Below, piece by piece: positions 1 through 10,720 of a stretch of DNA of 20,000 nucleotides. Each line of letters begins with the position of its first letter. Within the stretch, counting starts at the first letter, position 1. The stretch is taken from NCBI GenBank assembly GCA_021432655.1, contig MU271210.1, positions 134,239 through 154,238 of the forward strand, given 5' to 3'. Source of the DNA: Atractiella rhizophila (taxonomy: Eukaryota). The position numbers and the translations under genes are program-made. A model generated the notes under the pieces. It worked only from the letters and a program-made list of their open reading frames with translations. It was not told where the DNA came from and searched no databases.

Positions 1-768
1 TACGATATAAGAGCTCTAAAGCGTTACTCAGATAGCTATCAAGGCAGGATAATACGACACATACAACATTCAAATACGCTTCGTCTAGCGAAGCAGGGGC
101 ATAATTCGGATCAAAAGTGGCCAGCACATCCATGACTTTCTTCGATGCTTCCGAATACTATCGTTTCACAATGGTCAACAGCAAACATGAAGTCTGAAGA
201 ACAATGCGCACCCGTTTGAAGTCTGGCTTGACCATCAAGATCCCTGGACAAAGCTTCCCAGCAATGTAGCCTGTCAACCAGTTTCAGCGAGCTAAGGACA
301 AAGCAGAAGGTGATGCTTACCTGCCATCCCACTTCTGACACCAAATTTCGAGCCTCGTATGATGCGGTCAATATAACCCCTCCCGAAACTGCGAAGATCT
401 ATGAAAAGCTGATTTGTCGCTGTTTTATCGTTGAAAGGTTAGGCGTCTGACACGGACCTTCCCTTTCAGTTCAGGATTGTACAGCTCCTCCACGCTTGCA
501 TAGAACGCATCCGCGTCAACCACGACTGTGCCAGTCAGGAACATCGTCAGTGTCGGCAACCACAACAGGCGGTGGACACGCACCAATTGTCTGCGAGAGG
601 TCCCTCGTCTTTTCCAAGTCCAGCAACATCCTATCTACAGTCTTCTCCTCAGGCGTTAGGTCCTTCTTAGTCTTCAACATCTCCTCTAGCCGAACCATCA
701 TCTGTTCGATCCGCTTTTCCACCTTGTCCGGCAGCTCTTCTTGGTTCTGTAAAGTGCTTCAGGACGCA
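1..768 (-). pseudogene. 5'-truncated inverted duplicate of the DNA polymerase kappa gene (continues past the left window edge)
   Basis: The reverse complement aligns to about 11073-12120 (without the tandem duplication), introns included. A 1-nt deletion at about 346-348 gives CGA AAT TTG instead of CGA AAA TTT, a frameshift in TASYEARKFG. Exon 1 is absent and homology decays with indels at about 748-768. Confidence 0.85.
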
Positions 769-934
769 GTGGAATATACAGAAGACATTTAATTTGTTTA
801 TGTTGAACGGGTATATTCACACAATTTCGAGCATAACAGAATTCGGAATATGCTCGCATTATTACTCAAAGGACACTTGTCGGATCGAGACGATTCATTA
901 GCTTCTGCGGTAGGAGTAGAAGAAAGAGCACACC

Positions 935-2073
935 TCACTCGATATCCACCCAGTCAATCTCTCCAGCGTGAGATCTGAGCCTCTTCATCCCCAGACTAGC
1001 GAAGTAGCCATTCTCCAAGCCAGCGAACACTTCGCTCCTCGTGAGACAAAGAGTGATGATGCCCACCGTTTCGATCTCGATGACGAAGAACTCGGCACAT
1101 TCGCCTGGCGTGAGAGGATAGTACCTTCTGACCTCTGGCGTGTAGAGTGGGGGCTCAGACAGCAACTTGAGCTCGAAATCGATTCCCGCTCGAAGTCCAG
1201 GGGTGTGGTGAGCGAGGTAGACCGTGTCCGAATGGGCACTGGCGCTGGACGTGTGCGAATCCGAGCGAGAGACGGGATCGGCCAAAGACGCCGCCATGCG
1301 TTCGGGACTCATGAAGGCACCGTCGACAGATGCCATAAAAGCGTCGACACGGGCCATTCCCGCGGATAGGGTCTTCTCCATATGTTCTCTATCATCACGA
1401 TTACTATAATCAGCGTCCAGCAATAAGGCGAGAGGGAGAGACCATACGGTTCAGTCACTTTGGGCTCACAGAGGTCCACGCTGCCCATGGAAGAGCCGGA
1501 GACAGAATCCTCCGCAAGAGGAGGAGCAATGACTTTGGAGAAGAAAGTCCTCTCCGTCATTGGCGCGCTAACCAAATGAAACTTGGCCTCGACACAAAAT
1601 TCCTTGGAACGAGCGACTCACGCTTTCGTTGCTTGCAAAGCTTCGTACTCTAATTGACCCAAGGTAGTATGGGAAGACTTCTCCGAATGCAATTCGAAGA
1701 CGCTGGAAACACTGCTGGAGCTGCTTCCAGTAGATTCCATCGTCTTAGCGCTAGGACATCGTGGTCAGTTAAGGTGACAGGTAAATGGATAAAGCCATGC
1801 GTACCATTGCATTTCGCTGGTTTTAAAGTCGCCATATCCTTGGAACGGAACTTTGCCACTATCCCCCCAAACGTCAGAAATCAAGTGGTAGCAGGAATAT
1901 GGGAAAAGGAGGATAGGAGAAAGGACGAACGAGGCGTTGGCCTGAGCGTTCAGAGTGGCAAACACTGCAGCGAACTTGCTTTCAACTCTCGGGGAAGAGA
2001 GGGGATCGAGCTGGTGGGAAGAAAGGAGGTAATACTTCCAAGTAAAAGTCTCGCAAATGAGCAAAGGCGCCAT
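935..2073 (-). CDS. Multi-exon hypothetical (orphan) protein
   Basis: Three GT-AG introns join separate ORFs in phase: ...KTSEMQC|AKTMESTGSSSSSVSS...QATKA|APMTERTFFSKV...KVTEP|NRDDREHMEKTL...DWVDIE*. The probable ATG at 2073 (MAPLLICETF) is uncertain. No family recognised. Confidence 0.6.
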
Positions 2074-2901
2074 GTCTGTGTCGATGATTGTGATGTCTGA
2101 AGAATATGAAGGCACTCAAACTGCGTCGTCGTTTATGTAGGCCGGAATGCCCACAGTCGGGACCTAGGAGCGGGACAACAGATTCCTGAACCAAGTGAAG
2201 GCGGGAACATGGCGTGAGAAAATGGACCATCCCGCCGCACGTGAGCCCTAGACAAGACCAAGACGCGTACCATCCCACGTAGTCGTACTAAGACACGTCA
2301 AAATGTAACCTCCAGGTAAAATATGCGCTGTCATGATCCAGGTGAGGTCGTTGAAAAAGTGGCAGTGGTCGTGGACGCGTCGCAGTTGTTCTGTCGCACG
2401 ACGGCGTGGGATCGCGCAGAGGCACTCGTTATCTCCGAACATCGGACTTCATGAGCAGCTTCTTCACGTGCAGACATGCAGACGTTAACTCGCAGGAGCA
2501 CGAGAGCATGTTGACGTTGACCGGGATGGCAGAGCTGAATGATTTCTGGTGATGGACATAACCATCTTTGCGGGTGTCGTGATTGTTACAGCAGTTTACA
2601 GGGTGCCGGCTGGACAAACGAAACGGTTGTCAAGCAAGAGATTTTGGCTTGGGCTGGGTGGAGAAGCGATGAACATGCGTCGATCGATCCACGCGACGAA
2701 ATGCAAACCGATTGAAAGGCGGAGGGAGCAGGAACGAGTTAAATATCGTGCTCTGTGTTCTAGCCAGTTTGCTTTCTTTTCAGACGACGCCAGCTTGTAG
2801 CTGATTTGAGCTTGAAGCTCTTTCTCCTTTCATACCATATATCCTCTCCAACGGGTGCTGTCGACCTTTCCTTCGTTCTTTCTAGAAAACGTGCATCGAC
2901 C

Positions 2902-5116
2902 ATGCATTCCCTTCTTTTCTCAGTCATTGCCACAACCTTGTCGCTCGCTTCTGCGGTAAATGATTGGTCCCTACCCTGCTTGGATGGAGAGTGTTCGTAC
3001 GACCTTCCACCTTCCGTCAGCTCTCGCACAAAAACGACCGTTTCGGGAAGCATGCGAATTGTCTGTGTTTATCTGTCCCCTACCTTTTCTAGCCGTTGAA
3101 ACTTGCAAGGGAAACAGTGGGGAAATACCTCTGCCTTATCGGACATCACGACTGCTGCAGGATGGACGATCCTTGAATGTAATTCTACCTCTCTTGCACA
3201 GGAGATTCGGCTCGTGTGTACCAACGAAGACGGAGATGGTTGCAACAATCTTTTTGCAGGAGCGACAGGTGGTGTGAACAAGCTTGTCCGGCTACCAGAG
3301 AGCGTGAGCCCCCACTCCTTCGTTGGTACACTTGTGACGACGCAAGTTGTGGAACAGTGCGGAAAGATGGCATTTGCGAGAGTGGCGAAGATTTGGACAC
3401 ATGAGAACCAGCAAGTACCGCAGGATGTCGCCCGTTCAAGAAGCAGTCCTACTGTCCATGGTCTGGCAATTGACACCAATTTTGCGGCTATTGATCCACA
3501 GACGTTCGTCCTGCTTATTGTAAGCGTTATCAGACTGTTGACTGCGTTGCACAGTGTTGGGACTCTCAACATCGCAATACAAGGCAGTAACGTCCCCACC
3601 GTTCCTTCAAATACCACCACGACGACGTCTTCCACCTCGGCAGAGGATCGTAGCCTCTTGGATGTAGTTGATGACGCACTGGGAAAGTTCAACCAGATCA
3701 ACATTAATGAAACAAAGACGCTGGACCACATTTCCTTCCAGAAAAACCTGCCGGTGATAGACGAAAAGATCAGCTGTCCCCTACCAGGCGGAGGGAACTT
3801 TGATGCTGGTTTCGATATCTCAGTTAATGGCTGCTTTTGGGGAGATGTCACCCTTGGCATTGTCGCGACGGGCACCGTTGTACCGCCTCAGCTAGACAAC
3901 TTCAACGTTTTTGCTGGTTCGTTGTACACCTCCATTACTGACCTGTACTCATGAGCTAGGGTGAAGGTCTGAGCGCATTTTTTGGTGGAACTCTGGATCT
4001 GAAAGCCAATGCTGGAGCAAGTATCTCTTCCCCCGAAATCACGTTATTCCAACTTGGGCTTCCGGGCCTCAGTTTCCCAGGGTGTGTTTTTCAATATAAC
4101 ACTTGGGTTCATGAATGAACCTTCGCCCATAGAATCCTCAATGTTGGTCCTTCTTTCAGCGTTAAAGCGCAGGCAAAAGCGGCCATCGAAGCCGATGTTG
4201 ACTTGAAGTTTGACCTTTCCTATAAAACCAAGGATACGACCCTCACTTTCCCTCCCAATGAAAAGTATAAGAGTAAAGGAACTTTCAACCCAACCGACGC
4301 CAGTATGTTCATCTCTCTCCCTTCGCACTCGTCCTTATGAATCAACTATAGATCTCACTCTCAGCGTTTCCCCTGATGCTGGAGCTAGCGGCACTCTCGA
4401 ATTTCACCTCATACCCACGGTACGTGGCTTCTCCGGCGTTTCGGGCGAGGTTGGTGCTGACCTGCTTGATGCATAAGATCTCGATCGGCCTGGACGCGCT
4501 GTCAGTCGCTAAAGCAGAGGTTTTTCTCGACCTCGACTCATCTGCTACCGTCACTGCAACTCTGGACGCTAAAGGCCCGACGATCAGCAAGAACCTCGGG
4601 AACTCTTCAGAGCCCGCTCAAATCACTGATGCCGACTTTTCTGGATGTTTAGAGTTGGGAGCTGGCATCGACGTCAATGCGGGTGCTTCAGCTGACTTCT
4701 TCGGACTCTTCGATCAGAATAAGACGGTCAATCTCTTCTCCAAGGACTTCCAGATTTTGAAGGTACTTCTCTCTGACACCCTACCCCTGTGCTGGTTTAT
4801 GAGATAGTGATGGTATCACAATAGAAATGCTTTGGCGACGACGCTGCAGAGACTGTGCAGCGTTTGAAGAGGCGAAGAGCGATAGATCTGCATCGGAAGC
4901 GTCATTCAAGGAGAAATGGAAGCTCGAGGAACTTGAAAAGGCAGGACGACAATGGGCTCAGTTGTCTGCCCAATGTGATCGATACCTCAAAGTTATTCAA
5001 CATCGAAGATACCATTGTGAAGGCTGCCGAGTGCGTTCCACTTCCTTTTTTGTCCCAAGGATGCAGTGATTGAAATGCCGTATTGTAGCTTCATCCTCCC
5101 CAAAAGGCTGTTGTAA
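2902..5116 (+). CDS. Secreted Cys-containing, beta-rich uncharacterised protein of a type common in basidiomycetes
   Basis: Signal peptide MHSLLFSVIATTLSLASA, then VNDWSLPCLDGECSYD..., SALSDITTAAGWTILEC...QEIRLVC and KLVRLPES|CGKMAFARVA. Multiple GT-AG introns. The last exon is predicted as ...KAAD|FILPKRLL* with TAA at 5114-5116. Confidence 0.75.
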
Positions 5117-5415
5117 ATTCGGCAATTCTACCGTGTCAGACAGGACATCCTGTACCTCATTCTTTCTAACCGTTACCCAAGTGCCTGCAAAATACCCATT
5201 AAAACAATTTTTTCTTCAAGCCATGATTAGGTTCCGCGTACCGCAATGAGTCATCCCATCCTCGACCACCGCCTTTATCAATATCAGATTATTGCAGAGA
5301 TTACTGAGCTCTTGAACTTGTTCTTGATTGCCCGGGACAATAGCATATTTCTCCCCCAAGAGTCCAGAATTCTATTGTCTTTGGTCAGGCTTACGAGGCA
5401 ATCAGTGGCGTTGAT

Positions 5416-6822
5416 ATGGCTTCCTGTGGACGGCTAGGCGATGAACTTGAACCAGAGGACACCCCTTCAGTTAATTTACCTGTCTCAAAGAATCAACCCC
5501 AGGTCTGCCTTCGCTGTAAAGACCCGTCCGTTTCCATATATGCTAGTCTAGGCACCAACATCGTTTACTGTCGGTTTGTTTTTCTGCTTCATCGAACATG
5601 GACGACTGCTAAGTTATCCTTGATAGCCCTTGTTTTCTCATCAACACAGGCTCCAAGATTCGTCGCAGTTTGGAGCTCGCTTTGGAACGGGAGAGGCATC
5701 TGAATTCTCGACGGAAAAATGGACCACTACCACGAGTAGTGATCGCTGCAAAGGACAATGACGGATCAAGGCATGAGGCTCATGCTATCGTTTCGGGTGT
5801 ACTGATCCAACAGCAGAGCCATGATCAACTTTATCGCCTCACTCTTTTCAACGTCAGATGCTCCGGAGCAATTGTACAATGTCAACGATGGCCTCAAACG
5901 GAAACTAAAACCAAAGATTTTCGGTTACACAACTGTCGTGCATTTTTCGGATGGCGATACTAGTGAGGCGTCGAATCTTCAGGCTTTCTGCGATCGACTC
6001 TCCGTCCCATTCAAGCAGAATCCCATACCAAAATCGTCGTCCTCGACTGTGATTACTCTACAAGATCTTTACCCCTCTGTTTCAATCTTCATCTTCTGCA
6101 GCAATGCGACTTCTTTAGCCGGAAAAGCCATCGAGTGCATATCGAATGGAAGGGGGTGGGCTTTAGCCGAGGAGGTGGGCAACTTGTGGAATTCTAGAAA
6201 GACCAAAGAGGGGCTACACACAGTCGGCGTGAGGCCGCTTGCTGGTGTCGCGCGGAAAGAGTTACAGCTTTTCTGCGATGCTAACGACATTGACAGAGCT
6301 CCTAGACAAGCAGACAAGGCAGGGCCGAAGAGCATCAAAACCATTTGTCGAGGTGAGTACGTTTTTGGTGGTAAATCTGGCTCATGTTCGTACAGAATTT
6401 GTTGATGGTCTCGACGACGCCATGCCTAACACCGTACCAACCATCATGAAGACTGTCGCGAAAGTCGGAATCCGTTCCGAGCAGCCAGGAAACAACAGCT
6501 GCCTCCTCTGTGGAATGTAAGCCCTGTTTTACCAGGGGAAGTGTGTCTGACCTTTATCAGGCCGTCTGAACGCGGGTCGAAGATTTGGCGAGAGAAAATC
6601 TCCATCACCACACTACACGGTCGGAAGGAGAAGGATATGGATTTAGATGCAGACGCGACGGATTATTTGTGCTACGGTTGCCTTATCGAGAACCCGACAC
6701 TGAAGGAGGAGGACCTTGCAGATTTTCTGATTGTTGACTTCCACCGTCGGAGAGGAGAGACGGCAGTGAAAAGGGAACAGCGCGACAATGAGAAAATTGT
6801 TAAGGAGTTCCTCATAGAGTAG
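5416..6822 (+). CDS. NCS2: Cytoplasmic tRNA 2-thiolation protein 2
   Basis: N-terminal CLRCK...YCRPCF, then NATSLAGKAIECISNGRGWAL, VRPL..VARKEL, SIKTICREFVDGLD...NTVPTIMKTVAKV, CLLCG and LCYGC. This motif order matches Ncs2/CTU2. Four introns inferred. Confidence 0.8.
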
Positions 6823-6873
6823 ATAGCGCTTGTAGTTATCTCTGTGTAGCTAATCGTGTTTTAAAAAACTCTG

Positions 6874-7046
6874 CCATTGATGGCTCAGGACCGTACTCTA
6901 AGCGACGGACGCCTTCTAGTCGCCTTAGAACTACAGCTTCAAGAGCTGATGGTGAAAGGAGATCCTGCCATCCACACTAGTAGTGATTCACACCGTCATA
7001 TTATTCGCAGACATTAAGAAACATAATCCTGAGAGCCAAACAATGG
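6874..7046. ncRNA. Candidate structured non-coding RNA (family not recognised)
   Basis: A bulged closing stem (6874-6890 with 7027-7046) encloses several internal hairpins. A T6 run follows on the minus strand (6863-6868). No ORF in the region. Confidence 0.3.
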
Positions 7047-7322
7047 ACTCCTACGTTTAAGCGTCAGACCTTGGGGAAGCAACTTATAACACGGCTGATG
7101 GAGCTAGAATTCATCCGTGGAGGTAATCATCCACCGGTCATGTTTCTGTTCTAAACTCTTCCGCGCTCTTAGATTGTGATACAGGGGCCGCGTGTTCAAC
7201 GTGTGTCAAGAAGGCCCGAGTAAAGTTCCGTACGGATTATCGTGGCTCGTTGTTTTTGTTTTTGCTTTCGCGGTTTGACTCTCTCCTCCCTTCTGTATCC
7301 GTTCTCTTACTAACTCTCCAAA

Positions 7323-8321
7323 ATGGTGAGGTTTCTGCTCGCTCATATTGCGTGTCTCTGATACAGACCATTTTTATTGCCTTTTTCCCGCCATTTCTGA
7401 TGCACTTGCGGTCGAACCCTCCCACCTAATCCTACACTTGCACATCTCATTTCACCTCACTCTCGCACAACCAGGGCAAATACGCTTCTAGCCACTTGAT
7501 TGGTGATAAAACCGAGAAGCTGAAGGTGGGCAGGAGCCGAGGGAGGTTAGTTTTCTCATCCCAATCCAGATCCGCAGCACCAGATTGAGCAGAGAAGATG
7601 TCGGAGAGTTATACTGACAACACTTTATGTGGTGCAGCTATCTTCGCGTTCACTTCAAAAACACTCTCGAGACTGCGGCAGCTGTCAACGGAATGCGAGT
7701 ATCGAAAGCTATCACTTATCTCGAGGATGTGATTGAGCACAAACAGTGTGTTCCTTTCAGGAGGCACAACGGAGGTGTTGGAAGGACTGCTCAGGCCAAG
7801 GCTTTCAAGGCTACTCAGGGTCCGTTTCTTCCGCTCTTCTGTTCGCTTATACTAATAATCTGTGAGATGAGCAGGAAGGTGGCCAGTCAAGTCGGCAAAG
7901 TTTCTTCTCGGGCTAATCAAGAACGCCGCCGCCAACGCCGTAGTTAACAACTTGGTTGAGGATGAACTCAGCATCAAGAACATCGTCGTCCAGCAGGCTC
8001 CCGTATGTTTCCCTGTCCTTTGATTCCTGCTCCCAAGCTGACTGCAGATGCCAGAAAACCCGCCGCCGAACATACCGCGCTCACGGTAGGATTAACCCCT
8101 ACCAGGGTCACCCCTGTCACATTGAGGTTTGTGTTCCGTCACTGCTTTCCTCCCTCCACTCGAACATGCATCCTGTTCCGCAATGACTGACGGTATTCAT
8201 CACGTTGGTGTAGATCATCACTGCTCAAGAAGACCGTGAGGTGCCGAAAGCTTCTGCCACATCAAGCCTTTCTGCGAAGGCTGGAGGAAAGAGGCGGGCC
8301 CCGGCTGCTATCGAGGCTTAA
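7323..8321 (+). CDS. RPL17: 60S ribosomal protein L17 (uL22)
   Basis: ATG|intron|GKYASSHL...[24 protein letters not shown]...[18 protein letters not shown]..., [39 protein letters not shown]. Stop TAA at 8319-8321. Confidence 0.97.
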
Positions 8322-8619
8322 GTGAAAGGGGCACGTTGGAGGTTTGTGACGGTGTGGCAGGTGATTATGGAGTATGACACATGAAATCATGATTTTTTCA
8401 TCTCGAAAACATCTACACGCAACCCGATCCCATATTAACGATTCCATCAGTTCCGTTTCTCGAGAATGGGTCTACTAGGTCCTTTTCCTTATCGACTAGG
8501 TGACGATCAGTCATAGCGTCCAGCAACAATCAGCTTGTAAATCAGTCGCACATCCTTATTCATGACATCAAGTTGTACATCACCATTGGAGCCATTGTTA
8601 CAAGTTTAACTCAAAGAAG

Positions 8620-9619
8620 TTACCGATTCCTAGTTCCCCCAAACCCGCTTGTGCTCCTCATCGAACCTCCTGCACTTCCACTCCCACTACCACTGGCACG
8701 GGGCTCTGGTCTGATGTATGTAGGGTTGTATCGATCCTCGTCACGGTCGAACAGAGACCTTCCCGTTGTCGTCGTATAACGCGGAGGGGCCTGCTGCTGC
8801 CGATTCGTAAACAACCTATCTGCTGCAGCTCCTGCTGCAAGACCTGTCCAGAACCTAATTTGTTGTGAATCACTAGACGAGAGGAGAAGAGGAGGATAGC
8901 ATACCCTGGACGCCATCCTTCGGATGAAGAACTGGATGTGGTAGATGGCTTGGAGGGATATGATGAACCACCACCTCCGAATCCAGGTCCTCCTCCTCCT
9001 CCTCCCCATCCACAACCGCCACCACCACCACCACCACCACCCCACCCACTTCGCCTTCCCGAGGAAGATGTATTACGAGGTCTACTCCCGTTAGATTGCA
9101 GAAGTCGCAGTACGAATCCATAAGCGATCCAAAGCGCGACCAGGGCGAAGATTCCCCAGAAGAGACGTTGTGGCCAGTCAGTCTCACCTCGAGAGCTAAA
9201 CGAGCGCTTCTGCTCAGAACCTTTGTAGTGCGGGTTCGGCTTGAGAGAATATGTGAGACCGCATGAACCAGCTAAGACGTAAGGATCGGAAGAAGAGTCC
9301 CATCCTTCGCAGGAGACCTCGATGCGGGAGAAGGAGAGAGATTCGGGGAGATCGGCTTCGCACTTTGAACCAAACAAATACATTAGGATTGACAGATATT
9401 CTTCAAGAATAAGCATGCTAATACCTTCCATTCGACGTTGCCAGGGGAAGAAGAGCCTTGGTTCGAGCACTGAACGATGTCAGGCGTGAAGTATGAGCAA
9501 TATTTCCCTTCGCAAGTCAGCTGAGGGATGGGGTCACCGCGTCGTGCTGTTGTCATCCGATCCGAATAAAGCGTCAATGCACTCAAATTATCCAGCGGAA
9601 TACGACGTGTCCGTGTCAT
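8620..9619 (-). CDS. SARAF: Store-operated calcium entry-associated regulatory factor (TMEM66/DUF1183 family)
   Basis: MTTARRGDPIPQLTCEG..C...TPDIVQCSNQG...VEWK|CEADLP...IEVSCEGWDSSSDPYVLAGSCGLTYSL, one TM helix, a Gly-rich region, WRPG|FWTGLAAGAAA and C-terminal STSGFGGTRNR*. Confidence 0.92.
8965..9048. repeat. (CCA)n/(CCT)n trinucleotide microsatellite encoding poly-Gly of SARAF
   Basis: accaccaccaccaccacc and cctcctcctcct tracts are directly visible. Confidence 0.85.
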
Positions 9620-10720
9620 GTTGATGCCTGCAACACATCATGGTCAAATCAATCATGTCAAAGGCCAATATTCTGCGAAAAACAACGATATCAAAACGTA
9701 GTTACTAAAACATATCAACCAGCATTTTTCTTAGGCTATCCTCAACACAGACACTTCAAAAGGGTCCTCAGGTCATACAATATGCAAAGCATGAAGAAAG
9801 AGGGAAACAGATTAGCTAAATATTGCACTCACAACGCCTCATTCGGGCATTATAGCAATTCGCAAACCCTTCTTCCGTTTCAGCTGCTTCAAGCACACCC
9901 TTCGATGCGATATGTATTTGCCACTTCCATGACCCCCCTCTCAATACAAACAGCACACCGTACTCACTTTGATTTATGCCAATGCCTGTAGACCTCGTTT
10001 CCACTTCTCAAGTTGTACCAAAAACGACGCTGCACGTTTCTTATTTCAGTCGCACTGGAGCCCTAGCCCAAAGATGCAGAGACGCCTTATAAACGATCAG
10101 TTCGCAAACGTGGCGCACAGAGGAGATCACGTTTCCGCAGCAGCGCGAATGACTCCCACGCGTCGACTTCCAGAGAAACGACGATATCAGAAACATTGGA
10201 TATCTAACTGGGAGTGAACCTGTTCACTCAGTGTTTAGAGAGTAATGCTAAGCTGAGAAACTCGCTGACTGGTGAGTCCTGGTTCTCTGTGTTTCTCAGG
10301 TGTCCTGTGAAGATTGGCGGCGCTGTCACAAGGCAGACTTGAGCCATGCTTGTGATGCTGGCATGTATCATGCTCGTAAGCACGGCATATTACGATTCTG
10401 TGTAGATAAGCGAAAGACTCCCTCATCTTGTTCTTTCCGGAGTTGGGCATGATCAGTTGTAGCTGTTGTTGTTGACAAAGTTCCCTGTGCTTAGCTGCTA
10501 TCCCCATAAGCAACGGCATTACGCCGTTGCATAATTTGATTCGAAAATGGGCTAAGCTATTGGGTATCCTTCAATGTGATGATTTATTTCTGTTTACCAG
10601 TCCGTAGCTGACACTCCTTCACTGGCATTTGACACCACCCGCCTTTGTTCAGGAATTGAGAGCTTTGCGACAACATAACTTAACAGCTGACTCCATTTTC
10701 TGCTGTGGGCAGAAGTTAAA

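Noticed and set aside
3069..3875. 268-aa antisense ORF and other short antisense or overlapping ORFs across the window
   Set aside because: They are shadows of real coding exons on the opposite strand or frame, with no motifs or splice support.
6888..6970. U3 snoRNA (GACCGTACT, box A'-like), hammerhead-like CTGATGG..GAAA, and GATCCTGCCA identity with the 18S rRNA 5' end
   Set aside because: U3 box A and box B are missing, the hammerhead core needs CUGANGA plus stem II, and a single 10-nt rRNA match is expected by chance.
7326..7474. Intronic snoRNA in RPL17 intron 1
   Set aside because: CTGA is present but there is no credible box C or H/ACA hairpin pair.
9850..10720. Short ORFs in the SARAF-polymerase kappa divergent intergenic region
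   Set aside because: No recognisable motifs or phase-consistent splicing, so treated as promoter or UTR sequence.
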